The notes under the pieces: generated by a model
What the model was told of the DNA's origin: nothing
The model's input: the letters and a program-made list of their open reading frames with translations, nothing else
Database searches by the model: none
Part shown: one piece after another, positions 10,727-23,645 of the stretch
Layout of the letters: every line of letters begins with the position of its first letter
How positions within the stretch are numbered: the first letter of the stretch is position 1
NCBI RefSeq assembly: GCF_963921235.1
Contig: NC_086112.1
Location: forward strand, 53,816,001-53,880,000
Direction: 5' to 3'
From: Mobula hypostoma
Taxonomy: Eukaryota
Length of the DNA stretch: 64,000 bases
Translations under genes and position numbers: made by a program

Positions 10727-11573
10727 CATTTTGTCATCTTCAGAAGTTTTCTGATGACTCTGCCATAGTTGGATGCATCAGCAAGGGAGATGAGACTGAG
10801 TACAGGGCTACAGTAGGAAACTTTGTCACATGGTGTGAGCAGAATTATCTGCAGCTTAATGTGGAAAAGACTAAGGAGCTAGTGGTAGACCTGAGGAGAG
10901 CTAAGGTACCGGTGACCCCTGTTTCCATCCAGGGGGTCAGTGTGGACATGGTGGAGGATTACAAGTGCCTGGAGATATGAATTGACAATAAACTGGACTG
11001 GTCAAAGAACACTGAGGCTGTCTACAAGAAGGGTCAGAGCCGTCTCTATTTCCTGAGGAGACTGAGGTCCTTTAACATCTGCCGGACGATGCGGAGGATG
11101 TTCTACAAGTCTGTGGTGGCCAGTGCTATCATGTCTGCTGTTGTGTGCTGGGGCAGCAGGCTGAGGGTAGCAGACACCAACAGAATCAACAAACTCATTC
11201 GTAAGGCCAGTGATGTTGTGGGGATGGAACTGGACTCTCTGACAGCGGTGTCTGAAAAGAGGATGCTGTCCAAGTTGCATGCTATCTTGGGCAATGTCTC
11301 CCATCCACTACATAATGTACTGGTTGGGCACAGGAGTACATTCAGCCAGAGACTCATTCCACCGAGATGCAGCACAGAGCGTCATACGAAGTCATTCCTG
11401 CCTGTGGCCATCAAACGTTACAACTCCTCCCTTGGAGGGTCAGACACCCTGAGCCGATAGGCTGGTCCTGGACTTATTTCCTGGCATAATTTACATATTA
11501 CTATTTAATTATTTATGGTGCAACTGCAATGAAAACCAATTTCCCCCGGGATCAATAAAGTATGACTATGACT
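10727..11573 (+). mobile_element. Rex1/Babar-type LINE 3' portion inserted into the tail of another element
   Basis: QKFSDDSAIVGCI and LQLNV.KTKELVVD motifs, ORF 11089-11460, aataaa plus (tatgac)n tail. attat is duplicated at 10722-10726 and 11574-11578. Confidence 0.8.
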
Positions 11574-12245
11574 ATTATGAGGACACGCAGTCCTCTTTTA
11601 TTGTCATTTAGTAATGCATGCATTAAGAAATGATACAATTTGTTCCTCCAGCATGATATCACAGAAACACAAGACAAACCAAGACTAAAAAAAACTGACA
11701 AAAACTACATAATTATAACATATAGTTACAACAGTGCAAGCAATACCGTAATTTGATAGAAGAACAGACCATGGGCACGGTAAAAAAAATCTCAAAGTCT
11801 CTCAAAAGTCCCAACATCTCATGCAGATGGTAGAAGGAAGAAACTCTCCCTGCCATGAGCTTCCAGTGCCGCAAACTTGCTGATGCAGCATCCTGGAAGC
11901 ACCCGACCACAGTCCAACTCCGAGTCTGTCCAAAAACTTCGAGCCTCCGACTAGCTCTCCAACACCGAGCACTGAGCACCATCTCTGCTGAGTGCTTCGA
12001 CCCCAGCCCCGGCAACAGGCAATAGGCAAAGGTGAGGATTTGGGGCCCTCCCCTCCGGAGATTCTCGATCAGGCAGTAGCAGTGGCAGTGAAGCAGGCAT
12101 TTCAGAAGTTTCTCCAGATGTTCCTCCGTGCTTCTCACGGCTGTCTCCATCAAATCAGGATTGTGCATGGCATCCTACTTCACAAATACAATATCAAATC
12201 AGAACGGCTGTGCGCGCTGCGTCGCGCCGCCATCTTCTCCTCCCC
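11574..12245 (-). mobile_element. Non-coding SINE-like element with an AAGATGGCGGC 5' end (tail continues at 10713-10726)
   Basis: 5' end GGGGAGGAGAAGATGGCGGCGCG (YY1-like motif) and a LINE-type 3'UTR with AATAAA. Its (agatt)n tail is separated from the body by the Rex1 insertion. Confidence 0.6.
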
Positions 12246-13519
12246 TGTGGAGAAAAGTCATTGTGGATGGGTGGTAGTGATAAGCAAAATAATTTTGGGG
12301 GAAAAAAGCTGAATGTACTCATAATGTTCATCATGCTGGGGAGCATCTATGGATGGGGAAACAGAGTTACCATATTCCTCCTGCATTTTATATGTTTTGT
12401 TCAAGACTTCCAGCATCTGCAGAATCACTTGTGTTTATGACTTGCTGAGTTCCCCCAGCACTTTGTGTGTGTTATCATTCTGGTTGATGTTTTTTCGAAA
12501 ATTGTAACTTTTATCTGTCTGCCTCAGAATTTCACGTTGGTAAGAGTAGTGTTAATGATGTACATTGGCCAAGAATTTGCTGAGGAAGAATAATGGCACG
12601 TGAACATTGGTGTGCAAATTAGGAAGGAACTCGTGAGGAGGACATTCTGTGAACTGTGATTCACTAGATGCTGTCAGCCTATATTCACTGATCTGCCTTT
12701 TGCTTCATTAAAATAGTACCTTGCCTTTAATTTTCTTATGATTTTCCTGAAGATTCAACTCTTGGTATTAATTGGCCATTGAATTCATCAAAGGAGGTTA
12801 AGTCTGGTAATTTAGAAATGTCATCATCATTAATGATCACATTGGCTCTTTTTGAAAATATGCTCTGTTTTCTGCTTTCTTTCTTTATCCAATATTTCTT
12901 TCCTCCCATGAATTAATCCTCTATATCTTATTTGGAGATAAATTCACTCACTCTTCTTCCTCATTGGTCAAGTAGATATAATGTTTCTGCAATTGTTCAA
13001 CAGGTTCCCAGATAGCCTTTGGTCCTGTCCACATAGTTTCAGTGTCAACAATTTTTTAGCCAATGAGTTTTTGAGTTAAAGGGTGCAAGAAGAAGTCTAG
13101 CTTTTATCATGTTTATGAACTCTGAGCCGTTTTATAAGATCTTATATAAATTTCATTGACTGACAATTACTCATTCTATTCATAATGTGATTAGTGTGGC
13201 AAAAATTAGAAATGTGAAAAAAACTTTATCTACTTTGAATTCCCAGAGTTAGGTTGATATTTCCTGTTATTTATTTCAACTGTGTATTTTAAAAGCTACT
13301 AATTGTTTTGAGAAATTCAGTAAAATTAGCGAGGAAAATCCCTCTTTTTTCCGAGCAGGAACAAATAGATGTTGAGCTCTAATTATAGAGTTGGAAAATA
13401 TGATCAAAGATAAGAAGGTAGATTTTGAAAAATATTTTGTGAACGGATAGGAATAACAAGGCAAAATTAATTAGGAAAGAATTCAAAGTGTAAACTAATC
13501 TCGGAATAATTCTTTCTGT

Positions 13520-13763
13520 ATCACTACCGCTGTTCTGTTACCCACACTAATGTTCCTAGCGTCACTTTATGGACATGCAATTAATCTATGTATATAAGCT
13601 ATCTTATGTATTTATATTTATTGTGGTTTTTGTATTATTATTCTGTTCTTTATCTTATTGTGTGTGTCAGATCCAGAGAATGAGAACTATTTCATTCTCC
13701 TTACCACATATGTACTGGAAATGGCATTAAATGATCTTGAATCTTGGATTGTGAATCTTGAAT
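13520..13763 (+). repeat. LINE-type 3'UTR remnant
   Basis: T-rich 3'UTR ending in ATTAAA and a (tcttgaa)n tail. Confidence 0.45.
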
Positions 13764-14845
13764 ATAGTGTCCTCAGAATCATTTTTGAAATATGGCAATC
13801 AAAAAAGAATATTACCTAAAGGCCAGCAAAGTTCACAAGGAGAACAATCAAACCCCTGAAAAAAAGTTGGTGGTTTCAGCTACTGATGGTATCTTCTTGG
13901 TGGAAGGGAAGATGAAGTGATGGGTGAGCTACAGAGTTTTGGAGGAAACTTGCACAGCATTATGCTTTAGATACTGTTGCTTGAGTAACGAATGTTAATC
14001 AGGTACTGAGAAAGCTCCCCGGTGGTTAGCAGGTCATTTTCCTCCGTTTATTGCTACTACAATCCTACCATTTATCGCACCTTTCTAATCATTCTCAACA
14101 CAAGCTTGAGAAACAGCATTCATTGTTCTGTTAAACACTTTGCATCACACTTTGGCTTTATACTAATTTAGTAAATTAAGATCCTAATTTTAGCTTCCAT
14201 TTTCTTTGGAGTTTGCTGCCCACACTTTGGATTAAAATAGATATCTTGATGCTCGGCATGGGAATCCTTTATTGGAACATTATCTTGATTGGGCAATCTG
14301 TTTTAGTGTCCACGTGTTTTTCTTGGACTCTATTATTTTGTAGATTTTCCCTCTTTTAGATCAGACCTTCCTTACTGCACATTATGTCAGCCAACTATGT
14401 GCTTTCTGAATCTCAGAAATGTTTTTGATTTCTTTCACTTTTTCTCAATATATCAACAGGCAGTCAACAGTCCATCTTTTCTTCAATGTGCATTATTTAC
14501 AAGTCATTGTATTATACATTTATGTATGGATTCGAAACCTGCGAGGCAGGCAGAATAATTTAAATTACCCTTGCAACACTGAATCGGAATTACTTACACT
14601 GTCCAGCTCCAAACCAGGTGGAATAGCAGCAGAGACAACAAAGAAATGTTGGTGGCAAAGTATACCCATCACCTAGTTGCCTCAACTTTAATATAAAATA
14701 TCTAATTTCTTTCCTTTGGAGTCATAGTGATCATTATAGAAGAAAGGGGCCTTAGGAGTGACGTGCCTTCCTCTGTTTTTCTCTGCATGCTTCTGAATGA
14801 TCTCCCATGAGGCAAAATGATTGCTGCAATCCTCACGGCTCTGTG

Positions 14846-15097
14846 ACATAGAACATTACAGCACAGAAACAGGCCTTTTGGCCCTTCTTGGCTGTGCCGA
14901 ACTATTTTTCTGCCTCGTCCCACTGACCTGCACCTGGACCATATCCCTCCATACACCTCTCATCCATGTACCTGTCCAAGTTTTTCTTGAACGTTAAAAG
15001 TGAGCCGGCATTTGCCACTTCATCTGGCAGCTCATTCCACACTCCCACCACTCTCTGGGTGAAGAACCCCACCCCCCCCAATGTTCCCTTTAAACTT
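14846..15097 (-). mobile_element. CR1 3' end
   Basis: FFTQRVVGVWNELP...FKKNLDRYM peptide followed by a CR1 3'UTR and tail. Confidence 0.85.
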
Positions 15098-16539
15098 GTT
15101 AACTTGCCTCCTGCTTCTTCCGGTGCTGCAGTGGGAGATTTGATAATAGTTTCAGACCCAATGGTTGATATCAGGCATTCAGTCATGATGATTACAGAAA
15201 TGTATTATCCCAGAATGACTGTGCCTTGGTAGGATCTAAATGAGCAATGTAAACCCCTTTAGGAACAGAGAAAGAAAGATCTGCTATGTCCACCAGTTTG
15301 AACTTGTTCAGCCACACGCAACAAAAGTGAAAGAAAACAACTAACCACAATGCATATCATATGTGTTTTGTATACAACTTAAAATGTATTTTTTATATAT
15401 TTACTGTATGTTTTTCCTTGTGCCAAATTAATACAAAACTCTATTTACACCTGCTATCGATAGAGCCTCTTTTCTTTCCCAGGAATGAAAATTATGTATA
15501 ACCCATCTTTATCTTTGACAAGGTAGGATGATAATTCAACACAATAATAAGTATCTTCTTAAGACATAATAATCATATTCATGTTATTGATGTGATAAAC
15601 AATTATTATCTCAAGAGATTGCTTTTATCCAATTAGTCATGTCCCTTCCTCGGGAGATGAGTATTCATTTGAACACAACCTTATGATGGCAGCAAAGGTG
15701 CAATTTGCTAGTCATATCTTTGTTTCTAGCTGTTACTGCAGTGAGGGACCCAGTCACCTTACTATATGCATTTGTGTAAGCCAGGTGACAGCTGTTTCAT
15801 TCGGAGTGGCAGTTTGCCATATATGTTTTCCAAATACAAAAGTTCAGTAATGAAAAACACAGATGGATAATATTGCTAAAGTTCACTTCCCAAGTGTGCC
15901 AATTGCAATGCATTGCATGCACGATTAAAGACACATTGAAGAGATTCAGACAACAGTAGTTTATATGGAAAATAAACCCCAAGTGTTATTGGCCATATAA
16001 CTAATCTATGTTGTAGGAACAAGGCAGCCACAATGTAAGCAAATATTTTACCCAAAATTAATGGAACCACATCTGGAGGAAGTTAACAGGTCACAGTGAC
16101 CTGAGGATGATTAGCAACATGTTCCACAGGTTAAATATGGAGGTTAGAACTCAAATGTAACTCAACTTTAATCCAAAGGCTCATTGAGTTTAAACTGTAG
16201 ATTTATTATAACCTTTTTTCCTATATATTATTAATATCTTGATAACTTGTGTATTCTTCTTGAGAGTATTGAATGAATATGTTGGGTCTATTATTTTGTA
16301 TTATTTTTATTCTTAATCCAATTTGAGGTAATTAGATCTGGATTTGAACATATGACAAATTGGTCAATGTGTTGATTATACTCAAGAGAAGAAGGTAGGT
16401 AGGTCTGAAGAAGCAAGTAATGGTATTGAAGTAGATGTTCGAAAGGTTTATCTGGAGTTTTGAAAGGCAAGTCAGAAGACATTGCGTAATGGAATCATGG
16501 CTAAGGTTAGACTATGGAGAATTAACAGATGGGGAACAG

Positions 16540-17200
16540 AATTGATGGTGAGCTATTTCAAAAGAGAAAGCAGAGTGTGAGAGGGATAATTACTCAGACT
16601 GGAAAGAGATCAGAACTAATGCTCTATGGAAGTAGGGATCATTGTTTAGTATTTAGTGGCTGGCACTGAGTAAGGGTAGGATAATTAAAACATTATTTTG
16701 GCAATGAGATTGGAGTGGCTGACGCAAAATAAGGCTATTGATATTAACTCTGGCATATAATTTCAAGTTGATTTCAAATGTACAGTAGATAAACATAAAG
16801 CATTGGATTTTGGTAAGAAGAATAAAGAAATGACATAATACAAAGATAATTAGAAATGGGCAGCAGATATTTCATTGATTACTAAGAGTAACAATGCAGG
16901 TGATTAAGGACATTTAATGTAAAGTAAGAATTGGTACCCCTTGCTGGGAATAAAATTGGAAATATTAAAGGAACTTATGCTACATATGGAGTACTGCACA
17001 CATTTCTTGCTCTGTTTTGAGAGAACAAACTGTTCACATGAATAAACAAGAACTCTGCGCTTGTAGTTATAGTTATAACTAAGCAGGTTAGGAATCTTTT
17101 CTCTGGAAGGAGGATAAGAAGTAGAATGATAGATATCCAAAAACATGAAATTAATTAACAAGACAGAAAAGGAGAAAACCTAATTTATGCTGAAAACCAT
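16540..17200 (+). mobile_element. Highly decayed CR1 RT fragment
   Basis: Residual similarity to CR1 ORF2 (for example ggagtactgcacacatttc), with many stops. Confidence 0.4.
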
Positions 17201-18065
17201 AACTAGAGATTCTGCATTTTAGAGAGGAAATACTTGAGGTGCTTAGAGGGGGTTCTGAGCAAGTGTTTCCTCGGAATCTGTGGGAAACAAGGATTGAAAT
17301 TGTTGAAGCACTGGTAGAGACTTTTGAATCTTCATTACGTACTGGTAATTGAAGACTGGAGGGTAACTAATGTTGTACCATTAATTAAGAAGGGCAAAGA
17401 CATGGCAGGGAACAACAGGTTAGTGAACCTAACATCAATGGTGGGAAACCAAATGGTATAAATTCTGAGAGACAAGATCTAACTGCATTGTGAAATGCAA
17501 TGGTTGATTAGGTTAGTTACCATGCTTTGGGTGTGGAAATCATGTCTCATAAATTTTATTGAGATTTTTGAAGAGGGAACCCAAAAGCATTGATGAAACA
17601 AGATAGTAGACACACAAGTTTTTGAGAAAATCTTGCATAGTAGACTGGTCTGGAAGCTTAGATTACATTGGGTCCAGGGTGAGTTAGATGTAAAATCAAT
17701 TTACAGGAAGAAGTCAGAGGACAGAAATAGAGGGTTGTTTTTCTGATTGGAGGCCAGTAGTGCATCATTGGGATCAGTGCCGGGGCTCCTGTTGTATACA
17801 TGAATGATTTGGATATGAATATAGTTTGCAGATGACACCAATATTTTTGTCATTTGTGGTGTGGTGGACAGTGAAGAAGTCTATCTAAGGTTACAACAGG
17901 ATGTGGATCACTTGGGAAATTAGGCAAAGGAAAGGCAGATGGAATTTAACTCAGACATGTCTAATGTGGTGTATTTCGGGAAGTTAAACCACGCAGAGCA
18001 TACACAGTGATGGCAGGGTGCTGGGAAGTGTGTAGAACAAGGAAACTTAGGAGTACAAGCAAGAG

Positions 18066-18930
18066 CATAAAACCATAGGCATAGGAGCAGAATTTGGCCA
18101 TCTGGCCATCGAGTCTGCTCCACCATTTACCATGGCTGATTTATTATCCATCTCAACCCCATTCTTCTGCCTTTACCCGATATCCTTTGATGACCTTCCT
18201 AATCAAGAACTTGGCCTCCACAGCCGTCTTTGGCAATGAATTCCACAGATTCACCACCCTCTAGCTAATGAAATATCTCATCATCCCTGTTCTGAATGGA
18301 TGTCCTTGTATTTTGAGACTGTGCCTTCTGGTCCTAGACTCCCCCACTATTGGAAACATTATCTCAACGTATACTGTATCTAGGTTTTTCAATATATGAT
18401 AGGTTTCAATGTGATCCCCCTCATTCTTCAAAATTCCAGCAACTACTCGCCCAGAACCATCAAATGCTCCTCATACATCACCGTTTTCATTCCCGGGATC
18501 ATTCGTGTGCACATCCTCTGGACCTGCTCCAATGCCAGCACATCCTTTCTTAGATATGGGGCCCAAAACTGCTCAAAATACTCCAAATGCAGTCTGACCA
18601 ATGTCTCATAAAGCCTCAGCATTACATCGTTACTTTTACATTATAGTCCTCCCAAAATGAATGTTAACATTTCATTTTGCTTTCCTTTCTACTAACTCAA
18701 CCTGCAGGGATTCTGCATTAGGATTCCCAAGTCCCTTTGCACCAGTGATTTCTAAATTTGTTCCCCATTTAGAAAATAGTCCAAGCATTTATTCCTTCCA
18801 CTAAATTGCATGACCATACACTTCTTTACACTGTTTTCCATCTGCCAATTCATTGCTCATTCTCCTATCTGTCCAAGTCCTTCTGCGGACTCCCTACTTC
18901 CTCAACACTTCCTGCCTCTCCACCTATCTT
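18066..18930 (-). mobile_element. CR1 3' portion nested in the older CR1
   Basis: CR1 3'UTR and tail at 18066-18200, followed by ORF2 C-terminal similarity. Confidence 0.75.
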
Positions 18931-18988
18931 TATATAATTGCCTAAAAGTAGTGACACAGTCAGACAAAATGGTGAAAAAAGTGTATGA

Positions 18989-20041
18989 CAACATTCCCTC
19001 TAATTTTTTTACTGCTGGACAAGAGAACCATTGCACTGAGTAGGAAATTTTTACACGGCCTGAAAACTAAGTGCCACTTTAAATGTTCTTTTGTTTGTAA
19101 TATGTATACTATGGATACTTAGAATGAAAATTAAAAAACTCACATACTTTTGATGTTATTTATTAATTGAAGGGTATAATGAAATACAGTACAACAAAGA
19201 AAATCTGGCATGTTTGGTAAACTTTTCCTTGTTTGTCTTTATTACAAATCCATTGTCTATAAACACTGCCCAGATTAATTTTGCCTCCAGATGAAAGATA
19301 CATCTTAATCCTCATTAGACCATCAAAATGTTCCACTTCTTGTCTGATTCTGGATTTACATTTGATACAAGAGTTGGCAATTCTTCAAATTCTTTGTTTC
19401 TAGGCACGTAGTTCAACATACCAGTGAACATCTTAATTGAACCAGTCTTACCTTCCTCAGAAACGACAAATTTGAAATCACAGTATTGCTGCAATATTTT
19501 GAGGCAACACTTTTGTGGTATTTTGTAATAATAGCTGAGTATTTTTCAGCAGTCTACAACATTCTCTTTCCCAATTCATTCGCGGTAACAACAGGGTTAA
19601 AAGCTTGCCATTCTCTAACTCATCTTCAGGAAATCTATTATCCAAGTGATTACACATACATTGAATGAATCGAATAATAGGTGCACTATCGATGTCATAA
19701 TTTACAGACCCAAGGAGATCTTTCACTCTGTCACTCCACTTAATAATATCACCAACTTGAAAGACTGACAATGTAAATATGTTGAAGCTTTCAAATGTTT
19801 CAAAGTAAAGGTCGTGGTATGTATTATTTAGAAAATATATTGATTATATTCATTAACATAATTAATTACAGAGTATTTCACAATTATATTAACAGATTTC
19901 AAAATTATATGCACATAATGTCAACATCATATTAACATTATGTAAAAGAAAATTCCATCTGTGTGGCAACAAAGGCTATGTGCGTGGGAGCATTTCAGTT
20001 ATTGCACAGCCACACACCTGCTCAGCTTAGAGGGAGTAGTG
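18989..20041 (-). mobile_element. Internally deleted hAT DNA transposon
   Basis: Degenerate TIRs caacattccctctaa and ttagagggagtagtg. 8-bp TSD gtgtatga/gtgtgtgg (6 of 8 match). Minus-strand peptides LDNRFPEDEL and IKCKSRIRQEVEHFDGLMRIK resemble the hAT C-terminal dimerisation region. Confidence 0.7.
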
Positions 20042-20091
20042 GTGTGTGGCCTTCAATGGTTGAGGGATTGGGACATCATGCTACCCCTATA

Positions 20092-20248
20092 CCCTTTATG
20101 GCCCTTGTGGCTAAAGGGATCAGGGGGTATGGAGGTAAGGCTGGTACAGGGTTCTGAGTTGGATGATCAACCATGATCGTACTGAATGGCAGTGCAGGCT
20201 CGAAGGGCCGAATGGCCTACTCCTGCACCTATTTTCTATGTTTCTATA
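20092..20248 (+). mobile_element. Short young CR1 3' end
   Basis: Nearly identical to the reverse complement of the 48375-48530 3'UTR. Confidence 0.8.
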
Positions 20249-21044
20249 CAAGACATAAGTAGAACCAGACTAGAATATTGTGTGCTGTCAGGTCACTATG
20301 CTCAAGGAAGATGGCGATTAAGCTGGAAAGAAGGTGCAGAAATGATTCATAAAGATGTTGCTGGGACTGGAGCACTTGAGTTTTAAGGAGAGACTGGGAC
20401 TGTTTTCCCTGGAGTTAAGGGGGCTGAGGGTAACATTATAGAAATTTATAAAATCAGGTTGGGCATAGATAAGGTCAATGGTCACAGTCTTTTTCCCAGG
20501 GGAGAGTAGTCTAACACTAGAGGGCATGGAGTTAATATAATTAAAGAAAGATATAGGATATGAGGGACAAGTTCTTTTCACACAGAGACTGGCAGGTATA
20601 TGGAATAAGTAGAGGAGGGTACAATTACAACATCTAAAGGGCACTAAACAGGTCATAGATAGGAAAGATTTAGAGAGATATAGATCAAATGCGGGCAAAT
20701 AGCACAGTTAGGCACCTTGATTGATGTGGACAAATTGGGCTGAAAGACTTGTTTTGATGCTGTGTAACTATGATTTGAAGGTAATAGGAGAGAGTTTTTT
20801 CCACAAACTGTAGGAAAAAAGTGGAGGATGTGTGGTGAATGACAGGGATTCATTGCAGGGCGGGCGTGTGAGGTTGAGTGAGAAATTTGTTAATGAACGT
20901 TTTAAGGTAAAACAAAGCAGGGTTGGAATAGGGTCATGTGGAAAGTAATTACTGCTGCTGATCTGTTAGACCAAATAACCCGTTTCAGTGCTATATACAG
21001 TACACAATTTAATTCAAAATGCTCAGTTTTTCATCTCCTATTAA

Positions 21045-21852
21045 AAATCAAATCAAACGGTTCAATTTAATATCAGAGAAAGTATACAGTATACAACCTG
21101 AAATTCTTACTCTTCGCAGATATCCACGAAACAGAATAAAACCCCAAAAAATGTGTGACAGAAACATTAGAACCCCAAAGCCCCCTTCCCCCTCCCACGC
21201 ACAAGCAACAGCAAAAGCATTAAGCCTTCCCCTCCTCCCACCTGCTCCAGCAAAAGTGCCGATTCCCCACCATCAAAAACTACTGCCTATCTCAACACTT
21301 CAACATCTCAGACAGGCTCTCTCTCACTAGCAAGGGAGAGAGAGAGATATCGCTCCTGCAACTAACGAGAGTGGGAGATCAGCAGCACATCACTTCGATG
21401 TTCCAATCTGCTGCATTGCTTGTCCATTTGGTGAGCAGCAGTTCTGTATGTGAAAATGCCTTGTTAATGAGAAAGGTCAGAGGAGAATGGCCAGACCGGT
21501 TCAAACTGACAGGAAGGTGACAGTAAATCACCACGAGAGAGGGAGAGAGAGAGAGAGAGAGAGAGAGAACTTGAGTGCAGGGGCCTTCCGACAGCAGCAC
21601 ACACCACCTGATGTCTCGACGTTTCAATGTCCCGTGATGCTTCAGTTTGCAATATCAGTGAGGAACCGGGTTGTCCACAGGGCCACACCTCAAAGGCACA
21701 CATCTTCCAGGCTGCACCGACAGGACGCAGCCACCCTGAAAAGAAAAGAAAGACACAAGAAAAAAAAGAAGAAGAAGGAGAAACAACAATAGTTTCAGAG
21801 ATGGACTGGAAGAAGTCAGCTGGGTCTGCAAAAACCTCTGGCACCATCTTTT
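21045..21852 (-). mobile_element. SINE-like/non-autonomous LINE derivative with an AAGATGGTGCC 5' end; contains (GA)n and a captured Tc1 segment
   Basis: 5' AAGATGG motif at ~21850, (aaatc)n tail at ~21045 and a microsatellite at 21535-21568. Confidence 0.5.
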
Positions 21853-22149
21853 ATAGCTCCTCGCAGTCAATAGACAAAAATGATATATCTTGCCTTTGTT
21901 AGGCTCAATGGTATTAATTTATTCAGTGAATTGAGATAACAGAAAGAGATATCAGAAAGATTCTTTGGGTTGCAACATGGATGTTTTTCTCTGACTCTGC
22001 TGTGCTCAAAGAAAGTTGTGAAAACAACTAGTAGAGAAGTTTTCAATTAGTTACAGTATACCAGATTCATTCACTGTAGGGCAGCAGTCATAAACAGGAT
22101 TCAGAGTTGAATGCGGGATAGAAGAGTGAACATTTTATCTATTTTTTCT

Positions 22150-22710
22150 GAGGCTGTGGCCAATTTATTCCGGACACATGTACTCCTTATTAATGCAAAT
22201 ATCTAATCAGCCAATCATATGGCAACAGCTCAATGTATAAAAGCGTGCAGACATGGTCAAGAGATCCAGTTGTTGTTCAAACCAAACACCAGAACGAGGA
22301 AGAAATATGATCTAAGTAACTTTGACCATGGAATGATTGTCAGTGCCAGGTGGGATCTCAGAAACTGCTAATCTCCTGGGATTTTCACGCACAACCGTCT
22401 CTGGTGGTTACAGAGAATGGCGTGAAAAATTAAAAAAAACATTTGGTGAGCAGCAGTTCTGTATGTGAAAATGCCTTGTTAATGAGAAAGGTCAGAGGAG
22501 AATGGCCAGACTGGTTCAAACTGACAGGAAGGTGACAGTAAATCAACTAATCACGCATTACAAGAGTGGTGTGGAGAAAAACATTTTTGAATGCATAACA
22601 TGCCAAATATTAAAGCGGTTGGGCTACAGCAGCAGCAGACCATGAACATACACTCAGTTGCCACTTTATTAGGTACAGAAGGCACCTAACAAGGAGGACA
22701 CTGAGTCTAT
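22150..22710 (+). mobile_element. Tc1/mariner non-autonomous element retaining the transposase N-terminal HTH region
   Basis: Degenerate DLSNFDHGMIV..., SETANLLGFSRTTVS, KCLVNEKGQRRMARLVQ.DRK and GYSS. TIR-like cactcagttgccactttattaggtac at 22651 in a head-to-head arrangement. Confidence 0.8.
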
Positions 22711-22929
22711 TATACCTCTATTTTATCTTCAAATCTTTTAGGCAGTGAAGGTTGTTGCCATTGAGTAAGAGGGATGTAATTGCAAGACAGTGGGAACCTG
22801 AGCCTGCATCTGCAAACTTTACATTGATATTATTTAACTCAGATTAATACTAATTGGTAAAAGCGTGCTACAGGTGAGTGATTGACCTCCTGTCGAAAGA
22901 AACAGCAAAAATTGAGAAGTTGGAATGTA

Positions 22930-23645
22930 TACCACTAGAAGGCAGGCATTTAAGGTGAGAGGATGAAAGATCAAAGGAGGTGTGCAGGGCAATTTGTTTT
23001 TACAGCGTGGTGAGTACCTGGAACGTGCTTCCAGGGGTGGTGGTAGAGGCAGATACGATAGAAGCATGTAGGAGGCTCTTAGACAAAGATGACAAAGATG
23101 TGCAGTTTCGGCCGAAGTGCCCAGAGAGTGACACTGAAGCCGATCCACAGTTCACTGACTTTTAATAGGAACTGAAAAATAAAGAAAATAAAACAATAAA
23201 AGCTGGGCTAACAGGGTGGTTAACTAGAAATTTTAAACTAAAGCTAATGCCAATACAGCAGCTCAGCAGTAATAGATTAATACTAAATAAATACCACTTA
23301 ATGGTATTCTTCTTTCCTAGAACCAGGACAATGGTAAGCAAGGAGCAATGACGTTGCTCTGCTTTTGGTCAAATCTTAACAAGACTAAAATGACAGGGGG
23401 AGAGTTAAATACCACCACGATGAAACATTAATTGGCTGGAATATGTACACCAACAAGCATGATTGCCAAACCCAATCTGCAGCCCACCTGTGAGGGCATG
23501 TAAATCCCACAACAGAGTCCGTGCTTGTGAGAGACACATGAATTTGCAAGGAATGGAGGAATATGGACCATATTCCGGCAGAAAGGCATCATTAACTTAA
23601 TTTAGTTCAGCACAACACCGTTGTAGTGCTCTATGCTCTCTGTTC
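22930..23645 (+). mobile_element. CR1 3' end split by a ~450-bp insertion
   Basis: VVSTWNVLPGVVVEADT on the left. The 3'UTR resumes at ~23532. Confidence 0.65.
23085..23531. mobile_element. Unclassified insertion, possibly a decayed solo LTR
   Basis: Interrupts a CR1 3' end, with agac on both sides. The termini only loosely resemble TG...CA. Confidence 0.35.

Larger units (their letters stand above)
17225..20770 (+). mobile_element. Old CR1 (RT to 3'UTR) interrupted by three younger insertions
   Basis: EDWRV.NVVPL.KKG, KSCLINFIE and FADDT motifs on the left. The sequence resumes at 18931-18988, 20042-20091 and 20249-20770 (LEYCV, 3'UTR). Confidence 0.7.

Noticed and set aside
19478-19771. 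Possible host-gene exon
   Set aside because: Lies between hAT-type TIRs and TSD and resembles a decayed transposase.
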